From: an uncultured delta proteobacterium
GTDB taxonomy: Bacteria; Desulfobacterota; BSN033; UBA1163
Assembly (NCBI GenBank): GCA_963827685.1
Contig: CAWHBU010000002.1
Span: forward strand, 896,001-960,000
Direction of reading: 5' to 3'
DNA: 64,000 nt
Part shown: one piece after another, positions 19,360-29,190 of the stretch
How the letters are laid out: every line of letters begins with the position of its first letter
Numbering within the stretch: position 1 is the stretch's first letter
Notes under the pieces: model-generated
Database searches by the model: none
What the model saw: the letters and a program-made list of their open reading frames with translations, nothing else
Told to the model about the DNA's origin: nothing
Program-made: the position numbers and the translations under genes

Positions 19360-20446
19360 TCATCATCCGATCCTCCATCGCTATGTCATTCGCGAGTTTC
19401 TAAAAATATTTGGCTTAAGTCTAAGCAGTTTGATCCTCATCTATGTCGTCGTGCTGTTTTTCCAAAAGATGAATCTCTTCAGCCAGTATAACGCTCCTTT
19501 CCACCTGATCTTCGTTTATTTCCTTTACAAAATCCCGGAGGTAATTTTTCAATGGACCCTTCCTTACGCGATTCTATTGGCGACCCTTCTCACCCTGAGC
19601 GGCTTCTCTCGCAACAGTGAGATTACAGCAATGAAAGCAGGAGGGGTCAGCCTTTACCGGATTACGTTCCCATTGCTTATCATTGCCCTCATTATCAGTT
19701 TCCTTTCCTTCCTCGGTAATGAATACCTCGTTCCCGTCACCTACCAAAAAACCCGATACCTACTGGATGTTCAGGTTCGAAAAGAAATACCAGCGAGTTT
19801 CTTTAAGAATTATAAGATATGGTATCGCAGCGATCACCGCATTTTGAATATCCAACTTCTCGACCCTCGGAGAAAGGCCTTGAGCGGCTTTACCCTTTAC
19901 GAATTGGATGACCATTTTCAGTGTAGGAAACGGATTGATGCCCGAGAGGTGAAATGGGTAGAAGGCCAATGGTGGTTCTATGACGGAACTGTCCGCGATT
20001 TTGGAGAGAACGGTTTTACCCAGGTTACTCCTTTTGACAAAATCGAATTCAATTTGGGGGAGGATTGGGAATCTTTGCGAAGAATCGGGCGAAATTCGGA
20101 AGAGATGAGTTACGGAGAGCTTTGGACTTACATCCAGAAGATCCAAGCGTCAGGCTACGACGCAACCCGATATCTTGTCGATCTCTATTCTAAGCTCTCT
20201 ACCCCTTTCTTAAACTTGATCATGGTCCTGATCGGAATTCCCTTCGCCTTGAAAACCAGCCGGTCTGGGGGGGTAGCTTTGAGCGTCGGGATTAGTGTGA
20301 TGATTGGCTTTACCTACGGTGTCATCTTTTACATTTTTATATCCTTCGGAAGATCGGGGGTTCTCTCTCCCTTCCTCTCCTGCTGGATCCCTACCCTGCT
20401 CTTCGGCCTGGCTGGAATTTTCACCTTGATGAGCATTAGACAATGA
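19352..20446 (+). CDS. lptG: LPS export ABC permease LptG
   Basis: SRNSEITAMKAGGVSLYR, IGIPFA. Confidence 0.9.
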   Translation: MFNHHPILHRYVIREFLKIFGLSLSSLILIYVVVLFFQKMNLFSQYNAPFHLIFVYFLYKIPEVIFQWTLPYAILLATLLTLSGFSRNSEITAMKAGGVSLYRITFPLLIIALIISFLSFLGNEYLVPVTYQKTRYLLDVQVRKEIPASFFKNYKIWYRSDHRILNIQLLDPRRKALSGFTLYELDDHFQCRKRIDAREVKWVEGQWWFYDGTVRDFGENGFTQVTPFDKIEFNLGEDWESLRRIGRNSEEMSYGELWTYIQKIQASGYDATRYLVDLYSKLSTPFLNLIMVLIGIPFALKTSRSGGVALSVGISVMIGFTYGVIFYIFISFGRSGVLSPFLSCWIPTLLFGLAGIFTLMSIRQ

Positions 20447-20452
20447 ATTTCA

Positions 20453-20557
20453 GCATGGCGCAGAGCGCATAGGGCATGGCGTTAAAGATTCAAAAGTCTC
20501 GTAGCCCCATCTTTTTGACTTCTTTTTCGCTACGCGCTTTGCCCTATGCTCTTTGCG
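20453..20557. repeat. Heptamer-periodic inverted repeat between convergent genes
   Basis: GCATGGC GCAGAGC GCATAGG GCATGGC ... CGCTACG CGCTTTG CCCTATG CTCTTTG; half-copy at 51432-51460. Confidence 0.8.
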
Positions 20558-20566
20558 TGAGGTGGG

Positions 20567-21295
20567 TTAGGGACCGGTGAGCGCATTCAGATAGGCATTG
20601 ATCTCTTTAAACGTATCGGTCAGGAAGAGAATTCCAATGCCAATCAGGAAAAGACCGCTCACGATGTTGATAGCCCTCATGTATCTTTTAATTTTATCGA
20701 AGGCAGAGAGGAATGAATTAAAAGCCAGAGAGGAAAGAAAAAAGGGAATTCCCAGGCCTATGGAATAGTAAGTCAACAGCAGGATTCCCGTCGTAAAACT
20801 TTTGGATGTACTGGCATAGATGAGGATCGTCGAAAGGATTGGTCCGATACAAGGGGTCCACCCTGCAGCAAAAGCCACTCCCACAAGGAATGAGCCTACA
20901 TAACCCAGGGGTTTCTTCCTCATCTCAAATCTCTTTTCCATTTGCAGAAAAGGAATATTGATGATTCCTGTGAAATGGATACCCAGGAGGATGATGAGCA
21001 CCCCTCCTCCTTTCATGATCCAATATTGATATTGAGCCAATAACTGTCCGAGATAGGTGGCCGAGGCACCCATCAGGATAAAAACCAATGAAAATCCTAT
21101 GATGAAGAATAGGGAATGAAAGATAGTCACCCACCTCAACCTCGATTTGGCTTCCACATCTGTGAGTTCTTTGAAGGAAGCCCCTGTGATGTAAGTGACA
21201 TATGAGGGGACCAGGGGAAGAACGCAGGGCGAAGCGAAGGAGAGAAGTCCTGCCGAGAAGGCGATCATCCCTGAAATCTGTTGGGGCTGGCTCAT
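20567..21295 (-). CDS. ccdA: Cytochrome c biogenesis protein CcdA
   Basis: SPCVLPLVP and WTPCIGP motifs. Confidence 0.92.
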   Translation of the reverse strand: MSQPQQISGMIAFSAGLLSFASPCVLPLVPSYVTYITGASFKELTDVEAKSRLRWVTIFHSLFFIIGFSLVFILMGASATYLGQLLAQYQYWIMKGGGVLIILLGIHFTGIINIPFLQMEKRFEMRKKPLGYVGSFLVGVAFAAGWTPCIGPILSTILIYASTSKSFTTGILLLTYYSIGLGIPFFLSSLAFNSFLSAFDKIKRYMRAINIVSGLFLIGIGILFLTDTFKEINAYLNALTGP

Positions 21296-21359
21296 GGCTA
21301 GTTAAAATCATTATACTGCATTCTTCGTCAAAAAAAAATGTTTTTATTATCAGGCTTTA

Positions 21360-21600
21360 CCGTTGACCCGTTCGGCGGCGCCAAGGCTTCGGCGTGAGCT
21401 CGGCCGAACGCCCCGCCTTTGAAGGCAGAGTAAAGAAGCGCCACTCAGGGTCAACCCCTGCCTACCGGCAGGCAGGCTGAGCCCCTCGGCCTGAGCGGCT
21501 CGACTGAGCTCGCCGAAGTCTCGGGTCGAAGGCCTGCCCTGCACCGTTCTGGTGCAGGGCAGGCCCCGACCTTCAGGTCGGGGAGTCGAAGGGTTGACAA
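21360..21600. repeat. Cluster of nested GC-rich palindromes
   Basis: TTCGGCGTGAGCTCGGCCGAA, CCTGCC..GGCAGG inserts at 21457-21476 and 21533-21563, CCCCGACCTTCAGGTCGGGG. Confidence 0.75.
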
Positions 21601-21782
21601 CTCATTCGGTTGATGATAATTTTTTAAACATCTTTGGTTAGATAGGAACATGTCTAAGCCTGAGAGTTTTCTTCTAATAATAATGCCTCCAAAGATCTCC
21701 CCTCCCCTCGCGGGGAGATCTTTGGAAAATCTCAAATGCTTTTGGGGTAGACTTCATTAAATATTTTGAAGGGAGGAGGATC

Positions 21783-22100
21783 ATGGCAATTTTAGAAATC
21801 AGTGTCGTGCCCATTGGCACCGGTGATACGAGCCTCAGCGCTTATGTGGCAGATTGCCTTCGTATTTTGAAGAAAGAAAAAGTGCGTTACGAACTTTCGT
21901 CAATGGGAACAAACATCGAGGGGAATCTTAAAGATCTATTCAAAATCGCCTTTAAAATGCACCAGACCCCTTTTAAGAAAGGAGCCCTTCGAGTTTCAAC
22001 CACTTTAAAGATCGATGATCGAAGAGATAAGAAGGGTACTCTGGAAGGAAAAAAGAAGGCTGTCCAAAGTAAGTTAAGACGAAAGAGTTATGAGTTATGA
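21783..22100 (+). CDS. MTH1187-family thiamine-binding protein
   Basis: EISVVPIGTG, MGTNIEG, LKIDDRRDK. Confidence 0.9.
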   Translation: MAILEISVVPIGTGDTSLSAYVADCLRILKKEKVRYELSSMGTNIEGNLKDLFKIAFKMHQTPFKKGALRVSTTLKIDDRRDKKGTLEGKKKAVQSKLRRKSYEL

Positions 22101-22186
22101 ATTATGAATTTACAGTTGAGAATTGAATTGATTTCTTCATTCTTTTCATTATACTAAAAATACCTTTGTACCATAGGAGGTTTAAC

Positions 22187-22843
22187 ATGAAGATCAAATG
22201 GTATGGACATGCAGCTTTCTTGATCACATCCAATCAGGGGACTAAGATCATTGTAGACCCTTATGAACCCGGGGCTTTTGGCGGCCAACTTTCCTATGGA
22301 AAGATCAAAGACCAGGCAGATATTGTTGTCACCACCCATGATCACGCCGATCACAATTATACCAAAGATCTTCCTGGAACTCCTCAGGTCGTCAAAGGGA
22401 GCGGTTCCAAAACGGTGAAAGGAATACCGATTAAGGGCGTTGTCACCTATCACGACCCTTCTAAGGGGAGTGAACGAGGCGTCAACACCGTCTTCACCTT
22501 CAAGGTCGATCATATTCAGCTCTGTCACCTTGGAGACTTGGGCCATCTCCTGAGCGATAAAGAATTAGCTGAGATCGGCCCGGTGGATATTCTTCTAATC
22601 CCTGTGGGAGGATTTTTCACGATCGATCCGATAGAAGCAACCCGTGTCGCCGACCAGATAAAACCTAAAATCGTCATCCCCATGCATTTCAAGACGGAGA
22701 AATGCGGATTTCCTATTGCACCGGTGGAAGACTTTCTGAAAGGAAAAACGAACACAAAGCGACCCAAGGCTAATGAGGCCACTTTTGACAAAGCGACTCT
22801 TCCTCAGCAGATGGAGATTGTGGTCTTAGAACACGCCTTGTGA
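22187..22843 (+). CDS. MBL-fold metallo-hydrolase
   Basis: WYGHAAF, THDHADH, HLGDLGH, IPMHF. Confidence 0.9.
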   Translation: MKIKWYGHAAFLITSNQGTKIIVDPYEPGAFGGQLSYGKIKDQADIVVTTHDHADHNYTKDLPGTPQVVKGSGSKTVKGIPIKGVVTYHDPSKGSERGVNTVFTFKVDHIQLCHLGDLGHLLSDKELAEIGPVDILLIPVGGFFTIDPIEATRVADQIKPKIVIPMHFKTEKCGFPIAPVEDFLKGKTNTKRPKANEATFDKATLPQQMEIVVLEHAL

Positions 22844-23045
22844 ACCCCGTTAGAAAGGGTGGGCTTCTCAATCCTACCCTTTCTTGATATAGGGATAGGG
22901 GCTTATATTGAAGCTCACCGGCCACAGGCCGGGGCTTCCCGGGCACGCAGTGGCGAGCGGAAAGCGAGCAAAGGAAATATCGTTTTAATTGTGCCCCTTA
23001 ACCCCGCCTACAAGGCGGGGCTTGCGGGGCACTTGCCGGTCAGCC
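22841..23045. repeat. Nested palindromic repeat cluster
   Basis: CCCCGTTAGAAA end (cf. nfi insert), AGAAAGGGT..ACCCTTTCT, CCCCGCCTACAAGGCGGGG. Confidence 0.65.
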
Positions 23046-23084
23046 TGCTGTAATGGGTACGTTTTTTTAGCAGGGGCGGAACTT

Positions 23085-23627
23085 ATGGAAGAACAACGTC
23101 TCAATCTTTTGTTCTCTCAGAAACACATTGCTTCCATCGTCCAAGGTTTGGCAGATCAAATCTCGAAGGATTATAACGGAAGGGAATTGGTGTTGGTCTG
23201 CATCCTGAAAGGGGCCTTCATGTTTCTGTCCGACCTGGTTCGTCATCTCAAGATCCCTGTGAAAGTCGATTTTGTAAGATTAGCCAGTTATGGATCGGGA
23301 ATGGAGAGTTCCGGTAATATTGAAATCACAAAAGACATTGAGCTTCCCATCGAAGGCAAGGATGTCCTCATCATCGAAGATATCATCGATAGCGGTCACA
23401 CCCTCCAGTTTTTGAAAGACCGCATAACCCTCTCCAATCCTCGTTCTGTTAAGATATGCGCCCTTTTAGACAAGAAGGCCCGCAGAGAGGTCGAGATGAA
23501 GGCGGATTATCTCGGAATCGAGGTGGATGACGTTTTCATCGTCGGTTACGGGATTGACTTCAATGAGAACTATCGCTATTTACCTGAGATTTATTATGTC
23601 ACCACCGTCAATCACCCAAAGGGATAA
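23085..23627 (+). CDS. hpt: Hypoxanthine phosphoribosyltransferase
   Basis: ILKGAFMF, IIEDIIDSG, FIVGYGID. Confidence 0.95.
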   Translation: MEEQRLNLLFSQKHIASIVQGLADQISKDYNGRELVLVCILKGAFMFLSDLVRHLKIPVKVDFVRLASYGSGMESSGNIEITKDIELPIEGKDVLIIEDIIDSGHTLQFLKDRITLSNPRSVKICALLDKKARREVEMKADYLGIEVDDVFIVGYGIDFNENYRYLPEIYYVTTVNHPKG

Positions 23628-25368
23628 GGGACGGAAGTTCATCCTCCTGCTTCTTCTTTTGCTCTTCCTGCAAGGTCCTGCCTTCGCCCAGCCCCAGCCC
23701 GATGACACAGCTCTTTTCAGGGAAGGAGAGATCTTTCTTTCAAGAGGAGATACGGAAAGGGCACTGTGGCGTTTTAAGAGCGTGGTTACGGATTTTCCCC
23801 AGAGCCCTCTCTTCAATGAAGCCAAATTCAGGATGGGGGTCTGTTACACCCGGCTCAAAAGGCCTCGAGATGCCATTCGCATTCTCAACGAACTCTTCCC
23901 CACTTTCCTTTCCCCATCCAGAATGGTAGAGATCTTTAGTCTGCTGGGAGACAACTACCTCGAATTAAAGGATCGGCTCACCGCTCTCCATTGGTACGGG
24001 AAGGGTCTTCTCATTCCCGGTCAACCCCGCGGGGAACTGAGGCTGAAGGTAAAATCCACGATGGACGCCTCTGATACAGAAGAGGAATTGAAGTCCATTG
24101 AATCTCTCTACCGCGGCACCTATGCGGGAGGGTATGCCAAATTGAAATTGGCCCAGATGGCAAAGCGCCAAGGAAACGATCTTGTAGCAAAAAGATATTT
24201 AACGGAATTGGAAAAAGAATATCAAGGCACGGATTATATGATTCAGGCCAAAGAGCTTTTGGCCACGATCTCTCTTTCCATGAGATCTAAATATACAGTG
24301 GGGGTTATTCTCCCTTTAAGCGGGGTTTATAGACCCTTCGGAGAACGGGCTTTGCAGGGAATCCAATCGGCTATTCGAGAAACGGATTACCCCCTGATCT
24401 CATTGGCCGTCCGTGATTCTAAAGGGAGTCCAGGGGAAGCAGAAAAGGCTGTTGAGGAGTTGGTGAACAATGAGAGAGTAATTGCCATCATTGGCCCCCT
24501 TCTCAGCATCGATGTTGACCAGGCAGCAAAAAAGGCCCGGCAATTAAAAGTCCCTCTTCTCACCTTCTCCCAGAAGGAGCCCTCTTCTAATAAGGAGAAT
24601 TTCGTTTTTCAGAATTCCATTACTCCCTCGGAACAGATCCAGACGCTTGTTGGCTATATTACTAAAGAATTGAAACTTCGCACCTTCGCGGTCTTTTATC
24701 CCAACTCCCCTTATGGCCTTTATTTTAAGGACCTCTTCAATCAAGAGGTTACCCAAAAGGGTGGAAAGGTTTTAGGATCCGTTCTCTATCAAGAGGATCA
24801 GACAGATTTCAGTCAGGAGATCAAGGGATTCTTTAAGATCAAAGCCATCCAAAAACCTGATACGAAGAAAAAGAAAGAGGATGAGTTCAAACCCCTTCTC
24901 TCTGTCGATGGAGTCTTTATTCCTGACAGTCATGATCGCGTGGGCATGATCCTTTCCCAAATGGCTTATTATGATGTACAAGAGATTTTTCTCGGGACCA
25001 ACTCTTGGAATGGCCCGGGCCTGATCTCAATTGGAGGGAAAGGAGCCGAAGGGTCGATCTTTGTCGATACTTTCTTTAAAAAGAACCCCTCCGCTTTGGT
25101 GGCTCGTTTTGTCGAAGAATTTCGAAAAACCTACCAACGGGATCCCGAGACCCTCGAAGCCTTAAGTTATGATGGAGCCAAATTCGTGAAAGAGATTCTT
25201 CAATCGAAGTCCGTCTCCTCTCCTTTGCAACTGCAAGAAGAACTCCACCGGGTTAAGAATTTTCAGGGAGTTTCTGGTCTAAAGGGTTTCGGAGAAGACG
25301 GAAAAGCGATTCGGACCCTCTGCATCCTGAGGGTCAATAAAGGCCAAATTGAACTGATCTCACCATGA
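23596..25368 (+). CDS. TPR + periplasmic-binding-fold protein (LpoA/LppC-like PBP activator)
   Basis: Signal peptide, N-terminal TPRs, VGVILPLSG, IIGPL. Confidence 0.75.
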   Translation: MSPPSITQRDKGRKFILLLLLLLFLQGPAFAQPQPDDTALFREGEIFLSRGDTERALWRFKSVVTDFPQSPLFNEAKFRMGVCYTRLKRPRDAIRILNELFPTFLSPSRMVEIFSLLGDNYLELKDRLTALHWYGKGLLIPGQPRGELRLKVKSTMDASDTEEELKSIESLYRGTYAGGYAKLKLAQMAKRQGNDLVAKRYLTELEKEYQGTDYMIQAKELLATISLSMRSKYTVGVILPLSGVYRPFGERALQGIQSAIRETDYPLISLAVRDSKGSPGEAEKAVEELVNNERVIAIIGPLLSIDVDQAAKKARQLKVPLLTFSQKEPSSNKENFVFQNSITPSEQIQTLVGYITKELKLRTFAVFYPNSPYGLYFKDLFNQEVTQKGGKVLGSVLYQEDQTDFSQEIKGFFKIKAIQKPDTKKKKEDEFKPLLSVDGVFIPDSHDRVGMILSQMAYYDVQEIFLGTNSWNGPGLISIGGKGAEGSIFVDTFFKKNPSALVARFVEEFRKTYQRDPETLEALSYDGAKFVKEILQSKSVSSPLQLQEELHRVKNFQGVSGLKGFGEDGKAIRTLCILRVNKGQIELISP

Positions 25369-25424
25369 TCCTTACTCGCCCCCCCTTTACTAAAGGGGGG
25401 CCTAGGGGGATTTTTCATCCAATA

Positions 25425-26183
25425 ATGAAACCACTCCATTCCTGGAACGTCAGTGTGGAGGAAGCCATCCGGATTCAGGGGGCTCTGAAAGATCGAATCA
25501 TCCTGAAGAAAACATTTTCAAAAATTCACCCCGTTAATAATTCCAGCGGGGCATCAAACCCCGCCGAAATTATTCTGCGCCCTAACCCCGCTGTAGAACA
25601 GCGGCGTATCATTTCTAACGGGGTGAAAACCATCGGAGGAGGAGATGTTGCCTATTCCAAAGATGGGAATCTTCTCTTCGGCGCGATTGTTGTTCTCTCA
25701 TTCCCGGATATGGAAATCCTCGATATGGCCACGGCTGATGGAAAGATCCCTTTCCCCTATATCCCCGGCCTTTTAAGTTTTCGGGAAGGGCCGATTCTGA
25801 TCAAAACCTTTCAGAGACTAAAACTAAAGCCCGATGTCATGATTTATGATGGTCAAGGCATTGCCCATCCCAGAAAAATGGGGCTTGCCTCTCACATGGG
25901 TTTATGGCTCGACCTTCCGTCCATTGGCTGTGCAAAGACCCCTTTGTTAGATAAATTTCTCTCCCCAGAGGTTTCAAAAGGAAGTTATAAATGGATTTTT
26001 AGGGGCAGGGAAAAAGTGGGTGCCGTTCTTAGAACAAAAGAGAAGGTGAAACCTCTTTTCATCTCACCAGGTCATCGCGTCGATTTATCGACCAGCATTC
26101 AGCTCATCCTCGAAAGCTGCCGGGGATTCCGAATACCCGAACCCCTTAGAAAAGCCCATCAACTCTCACGTAAAATGCTGTAA
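25425..26183 (+). CDS. nfi: Endonuclease V carrying a 33-aa in-frame repeat insertion
   Basis: PYIPGLLSFRE, DGQGIAHPR, IGCAK, SPGH, PEPLRKAH. Confidence 0.93.
   Translation: MKPLHSWNVSVEEAIRIQGALKDRIILKKTFSKIHPVNNSSGASNPAEIILRPNPAVEQRRIISNGVKTIGGGDVAYSKDGNLLFGAIVVLSFPDMEILDMATADGKIPFPYIPGLLSFREGPILIKTFQRLKLKPDVMIYDGQGIAHPRKMGLASHMGLWLDLPSIGCAKTPLLDKFLSPEVSKGSYKWIFRGREKVGAVLRTKEKVKPLFISPGHRVDLSTSIQLILESCRGFRIPEPLRKAHQLSRKML
25525..25627. mobile_element. Miniature palindromic element inside nfi
   Basis: Perfect 12-bp terminal inverted repeat TTCACCCCGTTA/TAACGGGGTGAA, internal hairpins. Confidence 0.8.
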
Positions 26184-26275
26184 GCTATTTAAAAACCCAG
26201 AAATCCCTTTAATCATTTTTTGAAATCCCTGCCTGCCGGCAGGCAGGTGTGCAATCAAGAAAACCTAAAAAACAA

Positions 26276-26303
26276 TTGACATATTTAAACGTTATGCTAA
26301 TTT
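26276..26303 (+). promoter_or_regulatory. Sigma70-like promoter upstream of integrase remnant
   Basis: TTGACA-N16-TAATTT with TG extension. Confidence 0.4.
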
Positions 26304-26364
26304 GTATGCAGAAACATACCTTCGTATTCCTCTTCTCTTAACTTAAAAAACGTGGGGTTGCCTG

Positions 26365-26538
26365 ATGGCCAGAATTCATATCTCAAATTATCCATCTGGT
26401 CGTATCATCGTTTCCTTCCCTTATGAAAAGACTACGGAGATTCATACTCATGTAAGCAACAAAGACTTCGTGAGGATAAGAAACCCTTTAGATCAGATTC
26501 TGCAGAACTACACTCTCATCTATCACTCAAATTTCTGA
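26365..26538 (+). pseudogene. Internally deleted integron-type tyrosine integrase (57 aa)
   Basis: MARIHISNYPSGRIIVSFPYE fused in frame to KTTEIHTHVSNKDFVRIRNPLDQI (TTxIYTHV...PLD box, Tyr to His). Confidence 0.7.
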
Positions 26539-26597
26539 GGTAAGGCGACACAGTCGTCTGTGAACGATTAGGCAAAAATAGGCACCGGGGCTAGGAC

Positions 26598-27155
26598 ATG
26601 AGAACTCATGTGTTTGCTATTACTTACACTGCCATCAGCTTAGTGATAGCACTCATCTCTGGATACTTTCTATATATTCAAAGCAAGAAACGAACCAGAA
26701 TTATCCTTTTCTTAATCCTGCTATGGATCATCTGCAGCACCATTATGAATGTTTATAACTACTTAGGTACGCGTCCAAAGGCAGCCTTGGTGTTGGAAGG
26801 GATTGAACAGCATTACGATCTCAACCCACCTAAATCCGTATTATTCCTTGTCGTGCTCAGGAATACCGGAAACGAGAAGGCAACTAATGTCGTTACGGAA
26901 CCCGTTATTTTCTATGATGATGAGGTCTTATACCAAGAAAAGACAAAACAGCCGGACATCAACCCAGGCCAACCTGTACGGCTGAGGATTGGTCTTACAG
27001 GAGACAAATTCCAGAGGGTATGGAATGGCAAGGCGAAGTTAAAGTTGCGTTTAACAGGATCGTTTTCTGGGGGAACCATAGATACAACAGCCGAATACGA
27101 GACGAATAAAGACGAGTTCCCAATTGTAATCCCTGGATGGAAAATAATCAGATGA
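26598..27155 (+). CDS. Integron cassette gene: 2-TM-anchored protein with Ig/CARDB-like domain
   Basis: Two hydrophobic helices, LRNTGNEKATNV motif, followed by attC. Confidence 0.7.
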   Translation: MRTHVFAITYTAISLVIALISGYFLYIQSKKRTRIILFLILLWIICSTIMNVYNYLGTRPKAALVLEGIEQHYDLNPPKSVLFLVVLRNTGNEKATNVVTEPVIFYDDEVLYQEKTKQPDINPGQPVRLRIGLTGDKFQRVWNGKAKLKLRLTGSFSGGTIDTTAEYETNKDEFPIVIPGWKIIR

Positions 27156-27170
27156 TAAAGAACGCCTATC

Positions 27171-27242
27171 TTCGCCTAAGCACCGCACAAACGGAGGGCT
27201 CAAAATCTGATGGCTTCGTCTGTGCCACACACGTTAGGCGAA
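27171..27242 (+). repeat. attC recombination site 1
   Basis: TTCGCCTAA...GTTAGGCGAA with inner arms GCACAAACGGAG/CTTCGTCTGTGC. Confidence 0.75.
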
Positions 27243-27310
27243 ACACTGTGCCCTATTATCGGACAAGAGCGACGTCCATAAAATTATAAATTATTTTCTT
27301 TCCCGCACCC

Positions 27311-27380
27311 GCAGATAACATAGGCTAAAAGAATTTTATCCAAATGCGTCGCACTTCTTTTGGCCTTGAACGTTATCTGC
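27311..27380 (+). repeat. attC recombination site 2
   Basis: GCAGATAAC...GTTATCTGC with inner arms AGGCTAAAAGAA/TTCTTTTGGCCT. Confidence 0.75.
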
Positions 27381-27455
27381 TCAAGTGAAATTTGAAAATT
27401 GGAATTTGTTATTTTGGATTTTTGATACTCTACGCCATAGCCTGAATACTTTGCC

Positions 27456-28599
27456 TTACTTATAACGCTCCAGATATTTTTCCAACCTGTTCATCCCCTC
27501 TTTGATATTCTCCAGAGAATTGGCGTAACTAAATCGAATATATCCTTCCGCATTCGTTCCGAAGTCGATTCCGGGTGCCACGCCAACCTTTGCTTCTTTT
27601 AGAATGTCGAAAGCGAAGCGATAGGAATCGTTGGAAAATCGTTTCGCATTGGCCAGGACATAAAAAGCTCCTGTGGGCTCCACTGTAATTCCAAATCCCA
27701 GCTCTCTCAGCTTTGGAATCAAAAAACGCCGTCGCTGGTCATAGGTTTCTCTCATTTTTTGAATATCGCTTCCGGCCTCGTTCAAGCCGGCCAAGGCACC
27801 CCATTGGGCAAAGGAACTCGCTGAGATAAAAAGATTTTGCTGGATTTTTTGCATGGGTCGTATGAACTCTTTGGGTGCGATGAGATATCCCAGTCTCCAT
27901 CCGGTCATTGCATAGAGTTTTGAAAACCCGTTGATGACAAAAGCACGATCTGTGAACTCAAGAATTGTGTGAACCTCCCCCTCATAGACCAACCCATGAT
28001 AGATTTCATCAGAGATGATAAAAGGAGAGAAATTGGCAATCCTTTTCATCCTTTCTGCAGACATCACATTTCCAGTGGGATTGGAAGGTGAATTGATCAT
28101 GATCCCTTTTACCCTTGAGTCTCAATTTCTCCTCGATCATCTCAGGAAGGTACTGGAAGCCTTCCTCTTCCAACACGTTGACGGATACAGGAGATCCGTC
28201 AACAAACCGAATGATATTGGGATAACACGGATAATAAGGATTGGAGAGGATAACCTCGCCCCCAGCTTCCAAGAGGGCAGCAAAGAGAAGAAGCATGGCC
28301 GGAGAGGTCCCTGAGGCAACAAGAATTTGTTCGGGTGATACCTTCACCCGATATTTTTTCCAGTAATCTTCTGAAATGGCTTCCCTCAACTCGATCAAAC
28401 CCAGGCTGTGGGTATAATGGGTCTTTCCCTCACGGATAGCGCGGTAACAGGCTTCATTGATACATTGTGGCGTGTCGAAATCCGGTTCCCCCACTTCCAA
28501 ATGGATGATATGCTCCCCGCCTCTCTCCAGTTCTTGAGCCTTCTCCAGAACATCCATCACAATGAACGGAGGAATCTCCTGAGCTTTCTTTGAAATCAT
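27456..28599 (-). pseudogene. PLP-dependent aminotransferase class I/II split by a single-base frameshift near 28120
   Basis: N-half VGEPDF..YTHSLG (28009-28599), C-half NSPSNPTG, SDEIY, GFSKLYAMTGWRLG (27456-28100). Confidence 0.85.
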
Positions 28600-28657
28600 G
28601 GCGTCCCTTAGCCTCCCATTAGTTCTTCAACCTATAAAATATGTACGGGAAGTCCGC

Positions 28658-28825
28658 AAATTCCAAATCCCAAAATACAAATCCCAAATAATTTCCAAAT
28701 ACCAATTCCAAACTACCTAGAAAATAAACCTGTTACCCCCTCTCCCCTGACGGGAGAGGGCGGGGGTGAGGGGGAACATACCAGGCCCACCCCCACCTCA
28801 ATCCTCCCCCATCAAGGGGGAGGAT
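28658..28825. repeat. Heptamer left arm plus two GC-rich REP-like hairpins at the IS3 target
   Basis: AAATTCC AAATCCC AAAATAC AAATCCC; CCCTCTCCC..GGGAGAGGG; TCCTCCCCC..GGGGGAGGA. Confidence 0.7.
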
Positions 28826-28893
28826 AATACATTCACCTTCCCCCGAGTTGATGGACACACCTGAGAATTTGTATCATTGGACAGGAGGTGCGT

Positions 28894-29190
28894 ATGGGGG
28901 AAAAGAATCGTCATTTCAGCCGTGAGTTCAAACGAGATGCAGTGCAGTTGGTCACAGAGAAAGGGATGCCGGTAGGCAAGGTGGCCCGAGAGCTTGATAT
29001 CCATCCCAATCTTCTTCATCTATGGAGGAGGAGGTTCTTAGCTAAAGGGGATAAAGCCTTCGTAGGGAAGGGCCGTGTAACGCCAGAGGAAGCGGAAATA
29101 AAGGGGCTCCGGAAGGAATTAGAAAAGGTGAAGGAAGAGAGGGACATTTTAAAAAAAGCCTTGGCCGTATTCTCCAAACGAAACAGATGA
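28894..29190 (+). CDS. IS3 transposase OrfA
   Basis: FSREFKRDAV HTH, ERDILKKA. Confidence 0.92.
   Translation: MGEKNRHFSREFKRDAVQLVTEKGMPVGKVARELDIHPNLLHLWRRRFLAKGDKAFVGKGRVTPEEAEIKGLRKELEKVKEERDILKKALAVFSKRNR

Noticed and set aside
21350-21735. ORFs 21350-21544, 21451-21735, 22859-23053 and 30019-30389
   Set aside because: Translations of palindromic repeats (LPAGRQG-type peptides), not credible genes
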